Origin: a virus
Taxonomy: Duplodnaviria > Heunggongvirae > Uroviricota > Caudoviricetes
IMG/VR virus record: IMGVR_UViG_3300049048_000035
Coordinates: 1-31,855 of that record
Reading direction: 5' to 3' (one strand)
DNA length: 31,855 bases
Position numbers and translations under genes: made by a program. The first letter of the stretch is position 1, and every line of letters begins with the position of its first letter. The notes under the pieces are model-generated. The model made no database searches. It was not told where the DNA came from and saw nothing but the letters and a program-made list of their open reading frames with translations. Below are positions 7,607 through 15,057 of the stretch, piece by piece.

Positions 7607-7837
7607 TCAACAGTCGTCAATAACCCTCACCTTAGTAGGTGTTTCACGTACCTTCTTGAGTCGCTGGAAAACTCTTTCGTACTTGTCTTTGTAGTGGACT
7701 CCCACACCATTAGTGAAAACCACAAGAGTACATTCTTCCCCATCTTTGGAGTCTGCGGTAAAAGCTGCAACAGTGTCAAAGTTGACAAGTACAGGAGCCC
7801 CTGTAGCTGGGTTAGTTAGTTCAAGCCAAGGCATCAA
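7607..7837 (-). CDS. Hypothetical protein
   Basis: Coupled ORF. Confidence 0.65.
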   Translation of the reverse strand: MMPWLELTNPATGAPVLVNFDTVAAFTADSKDGEECTLVVFTNGVGVHYKDKYERVFQRLKKVRETPTKVRVIDDC

Positions 7838-8073
7838 TCCTCCCGTGTAATCTTTCCTTTAAACCAGAGTTGCCGTAGTCCCGGCTTCTCAACCATATCG
7901 ACTGGCTTGAATGACAACAAAGTCAGTCGTCCGTCTTTTCGACGCACCATCACTCCCATGTGGGAGACTGCACCCTTAGCCCGGCTTTGCCGAATTGTTA
8001 TGTAGGGTTCCAAGCCTTTCTTGTGCAGTCTCCACCAAAAGCGTAGTGCGAAGACTACGCAGTTGGATTTCAC
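7834..8073 (-). CDS. Hypothetical protein
   Basis: Coupled ORF. Confidence 0.65.
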   Translation of the reverse strand: MKSNCVVFALRFWWRLHKKGLEPYITIRQSRAKGAVSHMGVMVRRKDGRLTLLSFKPVDMVEKPGLRQLWFKGKITRED

Positions 8074-9392
8074 TCGTACACGAACCAGCGTTCGTCAGGC
8101 GCAACCTGAGACTTGTTGTACAGCTTGTAAGCGTCCTGAAGCTGCTTACCCGTAGCCCGTGCGTATTGGCGGGCTTGCTCTCGGGTGTCAAAGAACTTGA
8201 CAGGCTTACCTTGGATCGTCGGCAGGTTGTACGTAGTGCTGGTCTTCTGAGCCGTCACAGAAGCCGGATTCGGCGTCGGACGGTTGGTAGGTGCAACAGC
8301 AGGCAACTGTACCACAGCAGGGGTTGCAGGTGCAGCAGGCTTCGTGAACTTTTCCACTTCAGCTTGCGTGAACGGCACACCTTGCTTTTCCCAGTACACG
8401 ACACCAGTGCCAGCCACCAGCTTACGGTTCCACGACTCCGATTGGATGAAGATATCGAAGTTGCCGTGGTCACCAGGATGCAGGCGTGCGTTGCTGTGAC
8501 GCGGAAGGCCGATCATGTCCCGAGCTTCGTTGCCAGCATAGACCTTGCCAGTGGTGCGGTCACGCACAAGGATGAGCTTGGTCGGCTGCACACGAGGTTC
8601 AGTCTTCGTCAGTTGGTAGAATGCAGCACCCTTCAGGTAGTTCATGCGCTTGCCAAGGATGAAGTCACTGATAAGGATGCCCATTTGATCGTTCGGCACG
8701 ACGTACAGGCTGAATTCCTTCGGGTCCAGTTCCTTAAGGGCTTGCGTGTTGACAGACTGAGCGTTAGCGTAGAACACGTTGGACGACTTGGCACCAGCCG
8801 TGCGGGCAGCGTAGTAGTTGCTCACAGCAGCAGTGGTCTGTGCAGTTGCAGCAGCCATACCAGCCGACGAGGTTTCCCACTCAACAATGTTACCAGCAGG
8901 AATGCCAAGGTCTTGCACGTTACGGGTGTAGCCACGGGGTACACGCATAACGAACGTCCACCGACCAGTTTGCTGAAGCGTCAGGATGCGACCACGCAGG
9001 TAGTTCTTGTCCTTGTACTTCGTAACAGAGTGCATTTCCTCACCGTCCGTCGTCACCATCACCAGGAAGGAGACATTCGGGTCATTGTAGTCAGGAAGCG
9101 ACTCGAACAGTTCAATCATGTGGCCGATGCCATCATACAGGGGCGTGCCACCGGGGCACGGCCAGTCAGTGACAGGCTTCAGAACGTGGGGGTTCGAGAT
9201 AACGACTTGACGCTGCACACCATGAGTACCACCTAGACCAACCCCGACGACAGAGACAACAGTGTCCAGCATTTCACGGCTGGCAGCGTCTTTGAAAGCT
9301 GTGATGTTTGCGTTGTAATCTTGGATGGCTGCCCGTGCGAGCGAAGCCATAGAACCCGAGTGGTCATTGACGAAACCGATGTAATTCTTCAT
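8070..9392 (-). CDS. vWA-domain protein with uncharacterised C-terminal domains
   Basis: MIDAS motifs DHSGS, GGTPLYD, VTTDGEE; Pro/Ala/Thr linker near the C-terminus. Confidence 0.85.
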   Translation of the reverse strand: MKNYIGFVNDHSGSMASLARAAIQDYNANITAFKDAASREMLDTVVSVVGVGLGGTHGVQRQVVISNPHVLKPVTDWPCPGGTPLYDGIGHMIELFESLPDYNDPNVSFLVMVTTDGEEMHSVTKYKDKNYLRGRILTLQQTGRWTFVMRVPRGYTRNVQDLGIPAGNIVEWETSSAGMAAATAQTTAAVSNYYAARTAGAKSSNVFYANAQSVNTQALKELDPKEFSLYVVPNDQMGILISDFILGKRMNYLKGAAFYQLTKTEPRVQPTKLILVRDRTTGKVYAGNEARDMIGLPRHSNARLHPGDHGNFDIFIQSESWNRKLVAGTGVVYWEKQGVPFTQAEVEKFTKPAAPATPAVVQLPAVAPTNRPTPNPASVTAQKTSTTYNLPTIQGKPVKFFDTREQARQYARATGKQLQDAYKLYNKSQVAPDERWFVYE

Positions 9393-9685
9393 TCATTCTC
9401 CTTCTTGATGTTAATGTGTGATGGGCACGTATAGACTTTGCGCTCCCATCGGTCTTTACACGTATCCATTGAACAACTCTTGGCAGTATTCGGCATCCAT
9501 TGTAGGTTGCCTACGCTGTCGCACCCACACGAGGCGAGAGGGATAACGTGATCTATTGCCCAACCCGGGCAGCTTCCTCTTGTGCTTCCTGTGCTTGGAC
9601 AGGGGTGGAGTTTTTGGAACTCCCTAAGCACCGTCTTGCTTCTTTTGATCTTCCCGTCAGCCGTCCTAGCTGGCTGACCAAACAT
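9389..9685 (-). CDS. Small HNH-motif protein
   Basis: HPCPSTG...CPGWAIDHVIPLASCG...NLQW...KDRWER. Confidence 0.75.
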   Translation of the reverse strand: MFGQPARTADGKIKRSKTVLREFQKLHPCPSTGSTRGSCPGWAIDHVIPLASCGCDSVGNLQWMPNTAKSCSMDTCKDRWERKVYTCPSHINIKKENE

Positions 9686-9694
9686 ACACGCGGG

Positions 9695-9883
9695 TCAATC
9701 CCCGTAGATGCGATGGACGTGGTACACAACGCTAGCCATGTCACGACCACTAACAGCCCGTGCAGGACGCGGGCTCTGCTTTTGCTCAAATGTGATCCCC
9801 TCCTTCTTCACTTTCCTCTTAGGCATCCCCGGGTAGTTCTGCTTCCACGGGTGTGTAGACTTCGGCTTTACAGGTGTACCCAA
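9695..9883 (-). CDS. Small basic hypothetical protein
   Basis: ORF with GGAGG RBS. Confidence 0.55.
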   Translation of the reverse strand: MGTPVKPKSTHPWKQNYPGMPKRKVKKEGITFEQKQSPRPARAVSGRDMASVVYHVHRIYGD

Positions 9884-9894
9884 GTGCCCTCCTT

Positions 9895-10011
9895 TCAGAA
9901 GTTGTCATCGTTTGCTGCCTTCTCTGGCAGCAGTTCAACGCTGGCCTTCGCCAGTCTATGCTTTTCGCCAACCTCGCGCAAGAGGTAGGCCAGTCTCATC
10001 CAGAGGCTCAT
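9895..10011 (-). CDS. Small hypothetical protein (38 aa)
   Basis: Translated by hand; GGAGG RBS; downstream of the promoter at 10065-10092. Confidence 0.55.
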   Translation of the reverse strand: MSLWMRLAYLLREVGEKHRLAKASVELLPEKAANDDNF

Positions 10012-10064
10012 GCAACCTCCCTTCGTAGTAAGCTGGGGCGTTCCCCAACACAAGCAACAACGCG

Positions 10065-10092
10065 ATCATAGCAAAGAAATTTTTCATGTCAA
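10065..10092 (-). promoter_or_regulatory. sigma70-type promoter
   Basis: TTGACA-16 nt-TATGAT on the minus strand. Confidence 0.7.
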
Positions 10093-10101
10093 TAGCTTTC
10101 C

Positions 10102-10131
10102 AAAAGAAAAAGCCCCGGCGACTGCCGGGGC
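10102..10131 (-). terminator. Intrinsic terminator after the ClpP-like gene
   Basis: GCCCCGGCAGTCGCCGGGGC followed by TTTTTCTTTT on the minus strand. Confidence 0.85.
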
Positions 10132-10149
10132 CATAGTTGACTTAAATTG

Positions 10150-10887
10150 TCAGGCTTCTTCGTCAGCAGTCTTCTTGCGACGACGAGGCGGGGGAGTGGT
10201 CTTCACCTTCTCAATCAGGCTCTCAAGCTGTTCCTGTGCTTCTCCAAGCTGTTCTAGCACGTCAGCTTGCTCCTGCGCAGCGAACCACTCATTGCGACGT
10301 TCATGCCGCTCACAGAACTCCTTGGGACCAAACCAGAAATCCTTACCTTCAATCAGACGTTGAATTTCATCATCAGTCAGGAAGCCCTCATAGGTTTTCT
10401 TCATGAGTTCTTCCATGTAGTGACTCGTGAAAGCTGTCTCAGCTTTGTAGTCACTCATCTTTCCCCAAGTGCCCGTAGACCCATTGTGGATCAAAGCATA
10501 GAAGTTGTCAGACAACGTGAAGCTCTGAGCATTCATGAGGATGATCGTTGCTGCACTGTGGCATCCGCCAGTGGCTACGATATGCACCGGAGCCTGACAG
10601 TTGTGCATCGCATGCAGGAAGGCGTCTGTAGCGTCCACAGAGCCTCCCGGTGACTGAAGATGCACCAGCACCTTGTCATCGGGTTGGGCACGCTCAAAGG
10701 CTTCAATAGCACTAGCGAACTGTTGAGGCTCTTCGATTGCACCAAACAGCTTGATCTTGTAGATGACGCTGTGCATGGGTTGCACTGTCACTTCAAACTC
10801 TCGGGGGTCATCACCCCAACCTGCACGGAGTTTTTCGACTCCCATGTCTGCCAAAGACTTAATCATACTACTCATTCCTTTCGTCAT
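10150..10887 (-). CDS. ClpP-like protease subunit
   Basis: LQSPGGSV, GCHSAA (catalytic Ser), ALIHNG (His); acidic/basic tail. Confidence 0.8.
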   Translation of the reverse strand: MTKGMSSMIKSLADMGVEKLRAGWGDDPREFEVTVQPMHSVIYKIKLFGAIEEPQQFASAIEAFERAQPDDKVLVHLQSPGGSVDATDAFLHAMHNCQAPVHIVATGGCHSAATIILMNAQSFTLSDNFYALIHNGSTGTWGKMSDYKAETAFTSHYMEELMKKTYEGFLTDDEIQRLIEGKDFWFGPKEFCERHERRNEWFAAQEQADVLEQLGEAQEQLESLIEKVKTTPPPRRRKKTADEEA

Positions 10888-11677
10888 TGTGGTAGTACAT
10901 GGTCACGAATGCACGGGTAAGACCAGAACGAACAACGTCTTCAGGCTTGAACTTGATGATTGCAACGCAGTCGTCAAGCATATCCAAATCATCGTGTGTC
11001 ATGTAATTCGGATGGGTCTGAAGCATGCGCTCAATCAGTTCCATCGTGGTTTTCAGACCAGAAGCAGTCCGAAGGTCATTTTGCTTAGTGTCCCCAGTGA
11101 AGATCAATTGAGCGTTCTCGCCTAGGCGTGTCAGCATCATTTCCATTTCTTCGTGTGTGAAGTTCTGGCACTCTTCGGCAATAACCAAGCAGTCTTCAAA
11201 GCTCATGCCACGTAGGTATTCCACGGGCATCATTTCAATCTTGCCTTCGTTCAGGAAGGCTTCAACATGACCCTTACCTAGAAACTTTTCAAGGTGGGCA
11301 ATGGTTTGGCGGAAGTAGGGAGTTAGTTTTTCTTTAATGTCACCAGGCAGCATACCAACAGACTTGCCGACACTGACGGCAGGACGCACCAGCCATACCT
11401 TGTCAACTTTCTTGTAGTGGAGTTGGTTAGCAGCCCTGTGCGCTGCAATCATCGACTTACCAGTACCAGCGGAGCCGGTGAGCATTACGACTTCTGTACC
11501 TCGTTGCAAGGCAGCAATCGCGTTCTTCTGGTTGTGATTCTTGGGGGTGATTGGGGCGGGTGGATGACCTTTTGGCTCTGAAGCTTCAATTACTTCTCTG
11601 AGCCTTGTGTGTTTGTCATCCCAAGCTTTTTGGGCACGTTCTCTACGGGTTTGTTGGCGAACTAGTTTTCGACCCAC
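10868..11677 (-). CDS. phoH: PhoH-family ATPase
   Basis: GSAGTGKS Walker A, RPAV, LPG, YLRGMSF, EECQN, TRLGEN, GDTKQND. Confidence 0.93.
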   Translation of the reverse strand: MGRKLVRQQTRRERAQKAWDDKHTRLREVIEASEPKGHPPAPITPKNHNQKNAIAALQRGTEVVMLTGSAGTGKSMIAAHRAANQLHYKKVDKVWLVRPAVSVGKSVGMLPGDIKEKLTPYFRQTIAHLEKFLGKGHVEAFLNEGKIEMMPVEYLRGMSFEDCLVIAEECQNFTHEEMEMMLTRLGENAQLIFTGDTKQNDLRTASGLKTTMELIERMLQTHPNYMTHDDLDMLDDCVAIIKFKPEDVVRSGLTRAFVTMYYHNDERNE

Positions 11678-11740
11678 TAGGCTACCTCCTGTTCGAGTTG
11701 TTTGTTGGGCAAGCCTGTTGGCTTGGCTACATTTACTGAC

Positions 11741-11769
11741 ATTCTACTCGCCAAGCTGAGATATGTCAA
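11741..11769 (-). promoter_or_regulatory. sigma70-type promoter for phoH
   Basis: TTGACA-17 nt-TAGAAT on the minus strand. Confidence 0.8.
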
Positions 11770-11772
11770 TGA

Positions 11773-11970
11773 TTACGACTGTAGAAGCGCAGGTTTGGAT
11801 TTACGTTCTTCCAGACGTTTCCTACCCCATTGTGCGAAAATCATATGCTTGAGGCTGGAATAGTGTGGGTCAACTTCACCTGTGTCAAAAGCTTCAACCA
11901 AGGAGCGGTAGTAATCCCGTTCTGCTTCAGCCTCTTGCACACGTTCCTTCAACTGGGCAATATTGCTCAT
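11773..11970 (-). CDS. Hypothetical protein
   Basis: ATGA-coupled ORF. Confidence 0.65.
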   Translation of the reverse strand: MSNIAQLKERVQEAEAERDYYRSLVEAFDTGEVDPHYSSLKHMIFAQWGRKRLEERKSKPALLQS

Positions 11971-12251
11971 TCTGAGGCGTCTGAAGCTTCAGCAGCAGCT
12001 TTCTTAGCTGCCTTCTTTGCACGGGCATCAGCCAGGATTTCTGCACGGGAAGGCTTTTCCAGTTCAGCCTTATCCTTGGCTACTTGTTCATCCGAGGCGT
12101 CACGTTCCATTTCCACAACGTACAGTCGCCCGTAGAACGTCGGGAGGCTATGGCTGGCAATCTTCCACCCGTTCTCCACATGGTCTAGAACTTCTTGCAC
12201 GAAGTCATGTAGGCTGTAAGCCTGAACTTCCTTAGATTGTTTCGTCGTCAT
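11967..12251 (-). CDS. Hypothetical protein with Ala/Lys-rich tail
   Basis: Probable start MTTKQSK at 12251 after GAGG. Confidence 0.7.
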   Translation of the reverse strand: MTTKQSKEVQAYSLHDFVQEVLDHVENGWKIASHSLPTFYGRLYVVEMERDASDEQVAKDKAELEKPSRAEILADARAKKAAKKAAAEASDASE

Positions 12252-12393
12252 TTTCATCATCCTCGTAGTTAAATTCATCGTTGAGAGCTTCACGAAGCTC
12301 GATTCTGGAAATCGCGTCATACAGGTCTACAACGTCCTGTTCGCCCACGTCATCCTCATTCCATTCGTCGCTGCACCTAGGCTTACTGGGCAT
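12232..12393 (-). CDS. Small very acidic protein (53 aa)
   Basis: Translated by hand: MPSKPRCSDEWNEDDVGEQD...EDDENDDETI; GGAGG RBS. Confidence 0.65.
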   Translation of the reverse strand: MPSKPRCSDEWNEDDVGEQDVVDLYDAISRIELREALNDEFNYEDDENDDETI

Positions 12394-12420
12394 TGATCCT
12401 CCTGTTCGACCCGACGGGTC

Positions 12421-12449
12421 TTGACAAAATTTGAAACATGTGATATCAT
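12421..12449 (+). promoter_or_regulatory. sigma70-type promoter pointing into the AT-rich tract
   Basis: TTGACA-17 nt-TATCAT. Confidence 0.7.
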
Positions 12450-12594
12450 CTGCTTAGTTTTAAGCTGAGTTTATAGCTAAAGCTATAGCTTAGTTAACTA
12501 TGTATATAAATTTATACATAAACTAAGAAGAATAACTAAGCTATACAACTTAGCTTACAACTAAGCTTTACAACTCAGCGGCTGTCTTGAACCG
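12450..12594. repeat. AT-rich tract with short direct and inverted AACT(A/T/C)AGC repeats
   Basis: TAACTAAGCT, ACAACTTAGCT, ACAACTAAGCT, ACAACTCAGC in tandem, with inverted GCTTAGTT/GCTGAGTT copies upstream. Confidence 0.7.
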
Positions 12595-12623
12595 ATGATA
12601 CACCCATTTACACATCCTGTCAA
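12595..12623 (-). promoter_or_regulatory. sigma70-type promoter for the minus-strand block
   Basis: TTGACA-17 nt-TATCAT on the minus strand. Confidence 0.8.
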
Positions 12624-12742
12624 GCCCCTTCCGGGGCCAGAGTCCAAATTTTGAGAATCTGGCGGCATCCGCCGCTAGTAGCCGATGGTCTTTGGTAGGT
12701 GCAACGAGGGCGCAGCCCACGACGACAGGCCCCACCTGGGGC

Positions 12743-12771
12743 TTGACAAAATTTGTTTCGTAGTGTAAAAT
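12743..12771 (+). promoter_or_regulatory. sigma70-type promoter upstream of ORF 12796 and the tRNA array
   Basis: TTGACA-17 nt-TAAAAT. Confidence 0.8.
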
Positions 12772-12795
12772 GGCGAACTATAACGATAAAGGAGG

Positions 12796-13140
12796 ATGTT
12801 AGTGACCACAAACAATGAAGTTCTGATTGCTGAAGACCCCAGCTTTGTGCGTGACAGCATCGACCTCAAGGCTCTACACTCTCAGCTAAAGAAGGTGAGC
12901 AAGCAAGCCATTGACGTGCTTGTAGCCCTGCTTGAGAGCAAGGATGAAAAAAATCGCTTGCAAGCAGCCAAGATGCTGCTAGAATTCCAGATCACTGTTG
13001 CCAAGGAGTTGTCTGCGGACCAGATGCAACGGTTGATTGCTGAAATCAAGATTGCAAAAAATTCGCAAGGGCAGTTGACAGACGAACAAAGTCGTGCTAA
13101 CATGCCGCTTGTTGACTTTACGAACATTCGTGAAGTCTGA
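12796..13140 (+). CDS. Helical protein, candidate terminase small subunit
   Basis: AAGGAGG RBS; AIDVLVALLES...RLQAAKMLLE helical pattern; position ahead of the tRNA array and TerL. Confidence 0.5.
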   Translation: MLVTTNNEVLIAEDPSFVRDSIDLKALHSQLKKVSKQAIDVLVALLESKDEKNRLQAAKMLLEFQITVAKELSADQMQRLIAEIKIAKNSQGQLTDEQSRANMPLVDFTNIREV

Positions 13141-13155
13141 AATTTGAGAATACAT

Positions 13156-13242
13156 GGAGAGGACACCCATTAGGCAGGGTACCGGGCTGTAACCCCGTGG
13201 TCGGCTAGTTCCGTGCAGGTTCAAATCCTGCCCGCTCCACCA
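13156..13242 (+). tRNA. tRNA-Tyr(GTA)
   Basis: Loop CTGTAAC, long variable arm, TTCAAAT T-loop, CCA end. Confidence 0.9.
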
Positions 13243-13251
13243 GAACAATTT

Positions 13252-13327
13252 GCCCTTGTAGCTCAGTGGTAGAGCAATCCCCTTGTAAGGGATAGGTCGT
13301 CAGTTCAATTCTAGACCTGGGGCACCA
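13252..13327 (+). tRNA. tRNA-Thr(TGT)
   Basis: ATCCC-CTTGTAA-GGGAT, CCA end; bulged A in T stem. Confidence 0.9.
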
Positions 13328-13346
13328 GAACAAGGAGGAAGAACGT

Positions 13347-13733
13347 TTGCCGTTAGTAGGAGAAGAAAAGCGTGAGTACCAAAGACGCTGGTATGCTGCT
13401 AGACGAGAATCGTTCTTTCGTGATAAAGTTTGTGTCAGGTGCGGCTCTCGTGATAGGCTTGAGTTAGATCACGTAGACAGATCAAACAAGACCACTCACA
13501 ACATTTGGTCTTGGAGTGAAGAAAGAAGGCAAGATGAGATTGCAAAGTGTCAAGTGCTTTGCTACACTTGCCACAAAGAGAAGACAAAACTAGAATTTAC
13601 TGCGACTGAAGTTCCTCATGGAACTCCTGTAGGGTATAAGAAACGAGGGTGTAGGTGTATGCTTTGTTCTAAAGCATTTGCTGCTTATCGTAAAAACTTC
13701 CCAAGCAGGCAGTCAAAGACAATGCGAGTATGA
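13347..13733 (+). CDS. HNH endonuclease (homing type) within the tRNA array
   Basis: CVRC...LELDHVD...CQVLCYTCH plus C-terminal HGT...GCRCMLC; AAGGAGG RBS. Confidence 0.85.
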   Translation: MPLVGEEKREYQRRWYAARRESFFRDKVCVRCGSRDRLELDHVDRSNKTTHNIWSWSEERRQDEIAKCQVLCYTCHKEKTKLEFTATEVPHGTPVGYKKRGCRCMLCSKAFAAYRKNFPSRQSKTMRV

Positions 13734-13809
13734 CGTAATTGGTAGCCGTGCGGTCCTTAGAAGTCCGTGTCCTAGTGGCGTGGGGGTTCAAATCCCTCTA
13801 CTCGCACCA
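13724..13809 (+). tRNA. tRNA-Leu(TAG)
   Basis: Loop CTTAGAA, long variable arm, CCA; 5' end overlaps the HNH stop codon. Confidence 0.88.
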
Positions 13810-13815
13810 ATCAAT

Positions 13816-13890
13816 GTGAAAGTGACGGGAATCGGCATACCTACTAGGCTCAAACCCTGGTGTTTGTGGGTTCGAAGCCCACCTTTCACA
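13816..13890 (+). tRNA. tRNA-Leu(CAA), short variable loop, no encoded CCA
   Basis: CTAGG-CTCAAAC-CCTGG; GTGAAAG/CTTTCAC acceptor stem. Confidence 0.8.
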
Positions 13891-13894
13891 CAAA

Positions 13895-13971
13895 GTCACA
13901 TTAGCTCAATGGACGAGAGCAACCGGCTTCTACCCGGTAGGTTGCAAGTTCGACTCTTGCATGTGGCTCCA
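13895..13971 (+). tRNA. tRNA-Arg(TCT)
   Basis: ACCGG-CTTCTAC-CCGGT; CCA. Confidence 0.92.
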
Positions 13972-13985
13972 AAGTACGATACAAT

Positions 13986-14059
13986 CCGTTGCTGACAGAG
14001 AGGTTATGTACCCGGCTCTTACCCGGTGTAGCGAGGTTCAATTCCTCGGCGGCGGACCA
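13986..14059 (+). tRNA. tRNA-Lys(CTT)
   Basis: Loop CTCTTAC; T arm CGAGG-TTCAATT-CCTCG; CCA; atypical D arm. Confidence 0.8.
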
Positions 14060-14076
14060 GTGATGAATTTTTAGGT

Positions 14077-14149
14077 GTGGCCTTAGCTTAACCGTTAGAG
14101 CCCTAGGATGTGACCCTAGCCGGTGTGGGTTAGACTCCCACAGGCCACC
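14077..14149 (+). tRNA. tRNA-His(GTG), atypical
   Basis: CTAGG-ATGTGAC-CCTAG; C73 present; no G-1, T-loop TTAGACT, no CCA. Confidence 0.7.
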
Positions 14150-14162
14150 CCTAAGAATTTGA

Positions 14163-14237
14163 TGCCGGCTAGCTCAGTGGTAGAGCAACCGCCCGATAAG
14201 CGGTAGGTCGTTGGATCGTTCCCAACGCTGGCAACCA
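14163..14237 (+). tRNA. tRNA-Ile(GAT), atypical
   Basis: ACCGC-CCGATAA-GCGGT (C33); T-loop ATCGTTC; CCA. Confidence 0.8.
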
Positions 14238-14241
14238 AACT

Positions 14242-14316
14242 AGCCCTTTAGCTCAGAGGCAGAGCAACGCTTTTACACAGCGAAGGCCGGGGTTTCGAAA
14301 TCCTCAAGGGCTACCA
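14242..14316 (+). tRNA. tRNA-Val(TAC)
   Basis: Loop TTTACAC; CCA. Confidence 0.88.
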
Positions 14317-14324
14317 GAGACAAT

Positions 14325-14403
14325 GCGGGTAAACAAGCGCAAGGGACGCGCAGCAGCCTTCCAAGCTGAAGAACGTGGAGTTCGACTCTCCTTGCCCGCT
14401 CCA
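14325..14403 (+). tRNA. tRNA-Gly(TCC)
   Basis: Loop CTTCCAA; U73 and CCA; extended acceptor-to-D linker. Confidence 0.82.
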
Positions 14404-14411
14404 AAATTTAT

Positions 14412-14506
14412 GGATGGTCAACCCGATTGGCGACGGGGCCGGACTTGAAATCCGTGTGAGCCACTAATCCTGGCCTTGGGAGTTCGACTCTACCCACCAT
14501 CCACCA
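14412..14506 (+). tRNA. tRNA-Ser(TGA)
   Basis: Loop CTTGAAA; long variable arm; bulged A in T stem; CCA. Confidence 0.85.
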
Positions 14507-14515
14507 AAAAAGCTA

Positions 14516-14543
14516 TTGACAAGGAGAAAAGTTCGTGTATCAT
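14516..14543 (+). promoter_or_regulatory. sigma70-type promoter
   Basis: TTGACA-16 nt-TATCAT. Confidence 0.55.
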
Positions 14544-14669
14544 AAGCATCTTGAGACAGTGAAGGGCGCTAAGGCTCTTTACGACGAAGCCCACAAGGCA
14601 GCCGCTGCAAAGCGTCTTGCTGAAGTGAAAGTCAAACAGAAGCTGAAGAAGCAACAAAAAGCTTCTTGA
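14535..14669 (+). CDS. Small Lys/Ala-rich protein (44 aa)
   Basis: AAGGAG RBS, GTG start, MYHKHLETVKGAKALYDEAHKAAAAKRLAEVKVKQKLKKQQKAS. Confidence 0.55.
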   Translation: MYHKHLETVKGAKALYDEAHKAAAAKRLAEVKVKQKLKKQQKAS

Positions 14670-14693
14670 CAAACGGGGCCTGACCCGTATAAT
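14666..14693 (+). promoter_or_regulatory. sigma70-type promoter driving tRNA-Ala, the ncRNA array and the TROVE-like gene
   Basis: TTGACA-16 nt-TATAAT. Confidence 0.75.
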
Positions 14694-14708
14694 TCAGGCA
14701 AGAACAAT

Positions 14709-14783
14709 GGGCCGCTAGCTTAACTGGGAAAGCGCTGCACTTGCAATGCGGAAGATAGGGTTCGACTCCCTGCGTGTCCACCA
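14709..14783 (+). tRNA. tRNA-Ala(TGC)
   Basis: CTGCA-CTTGCAA-TGCGG; G3:U70; CCA; bulge in acceptor stem. Confidence 0.88.
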
Positions 14784-14790
14784 AAGAACA

Positions 14791-14848
14791 TAGGATGCTT
14801 CCAGCAAACAACTTACCTTTTTATTGGAAAAAGCAAAACAGCATCCTG
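14791..14848 (+). ncRNA. CAGCA-stem ncRNA copy 1 (Y-RNA-like, short form)
   Basis: TAGGATGCT pairs with AGCATCCTG; CAGCAA at position 12; internal CTTTT-TATTGGA-AAAAG hairpin. Confidence 0.7.
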
Positions 14849-14855
14849 CTAATTT

Positions 14856-14977
14856 TGGGATCATTTCAGCAACTAATACGCACAGGAACTGCGATACGTA
14901 GGTTCGACTCCTACCCACTGGCGTAATGCACGGTGGTAGCCAAGCGGTAAGGCAGCAGTAGCAAAAAGTTGATCCCG
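14856..14977 (+). ncRNA. CAGCA-stem ncRNA copy 2 with a circularly permuted tRNA domain
   Basis: TGGGATCA/TGATCCCG stem; order inside is T arm, closed acceptor stem, D arm. Confidence 0.8.
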
Positions 14978-14984
14978 TGAGTTT

Positions 14985-15050
14985 TGGGTTCGTTTCAGCA
15001 AACCTTTAAACATCAAACTTGTAATTTGAAACGTTGAAAACGCGAACCCG
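14985..15050 (+). ncRNA. CAGCA-stem ncRNA copy 3 with a Thr(TGT)-like anticodon arm
   Basis: TGGGTTCGT/GCGAACCCG stem; TCAAA-CTTGTAA-TTTGA. Confidence 0.75.
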
Positions 15051-15057
15051 TTAGTTT

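Noticed and set aside
7995-9236. 413-aa + strand ORF
   Set aside because: Antisense shadow of the vWA gene; no RBS or recognisable motifs, and explained by codon bias on the coding strand
14412-14506. tRNA with long variable arm as possible tRNA-Sec
   Set aside because: The anticodon reads TGA (Ser), not TCA, and the acceptor stem is 7 bp
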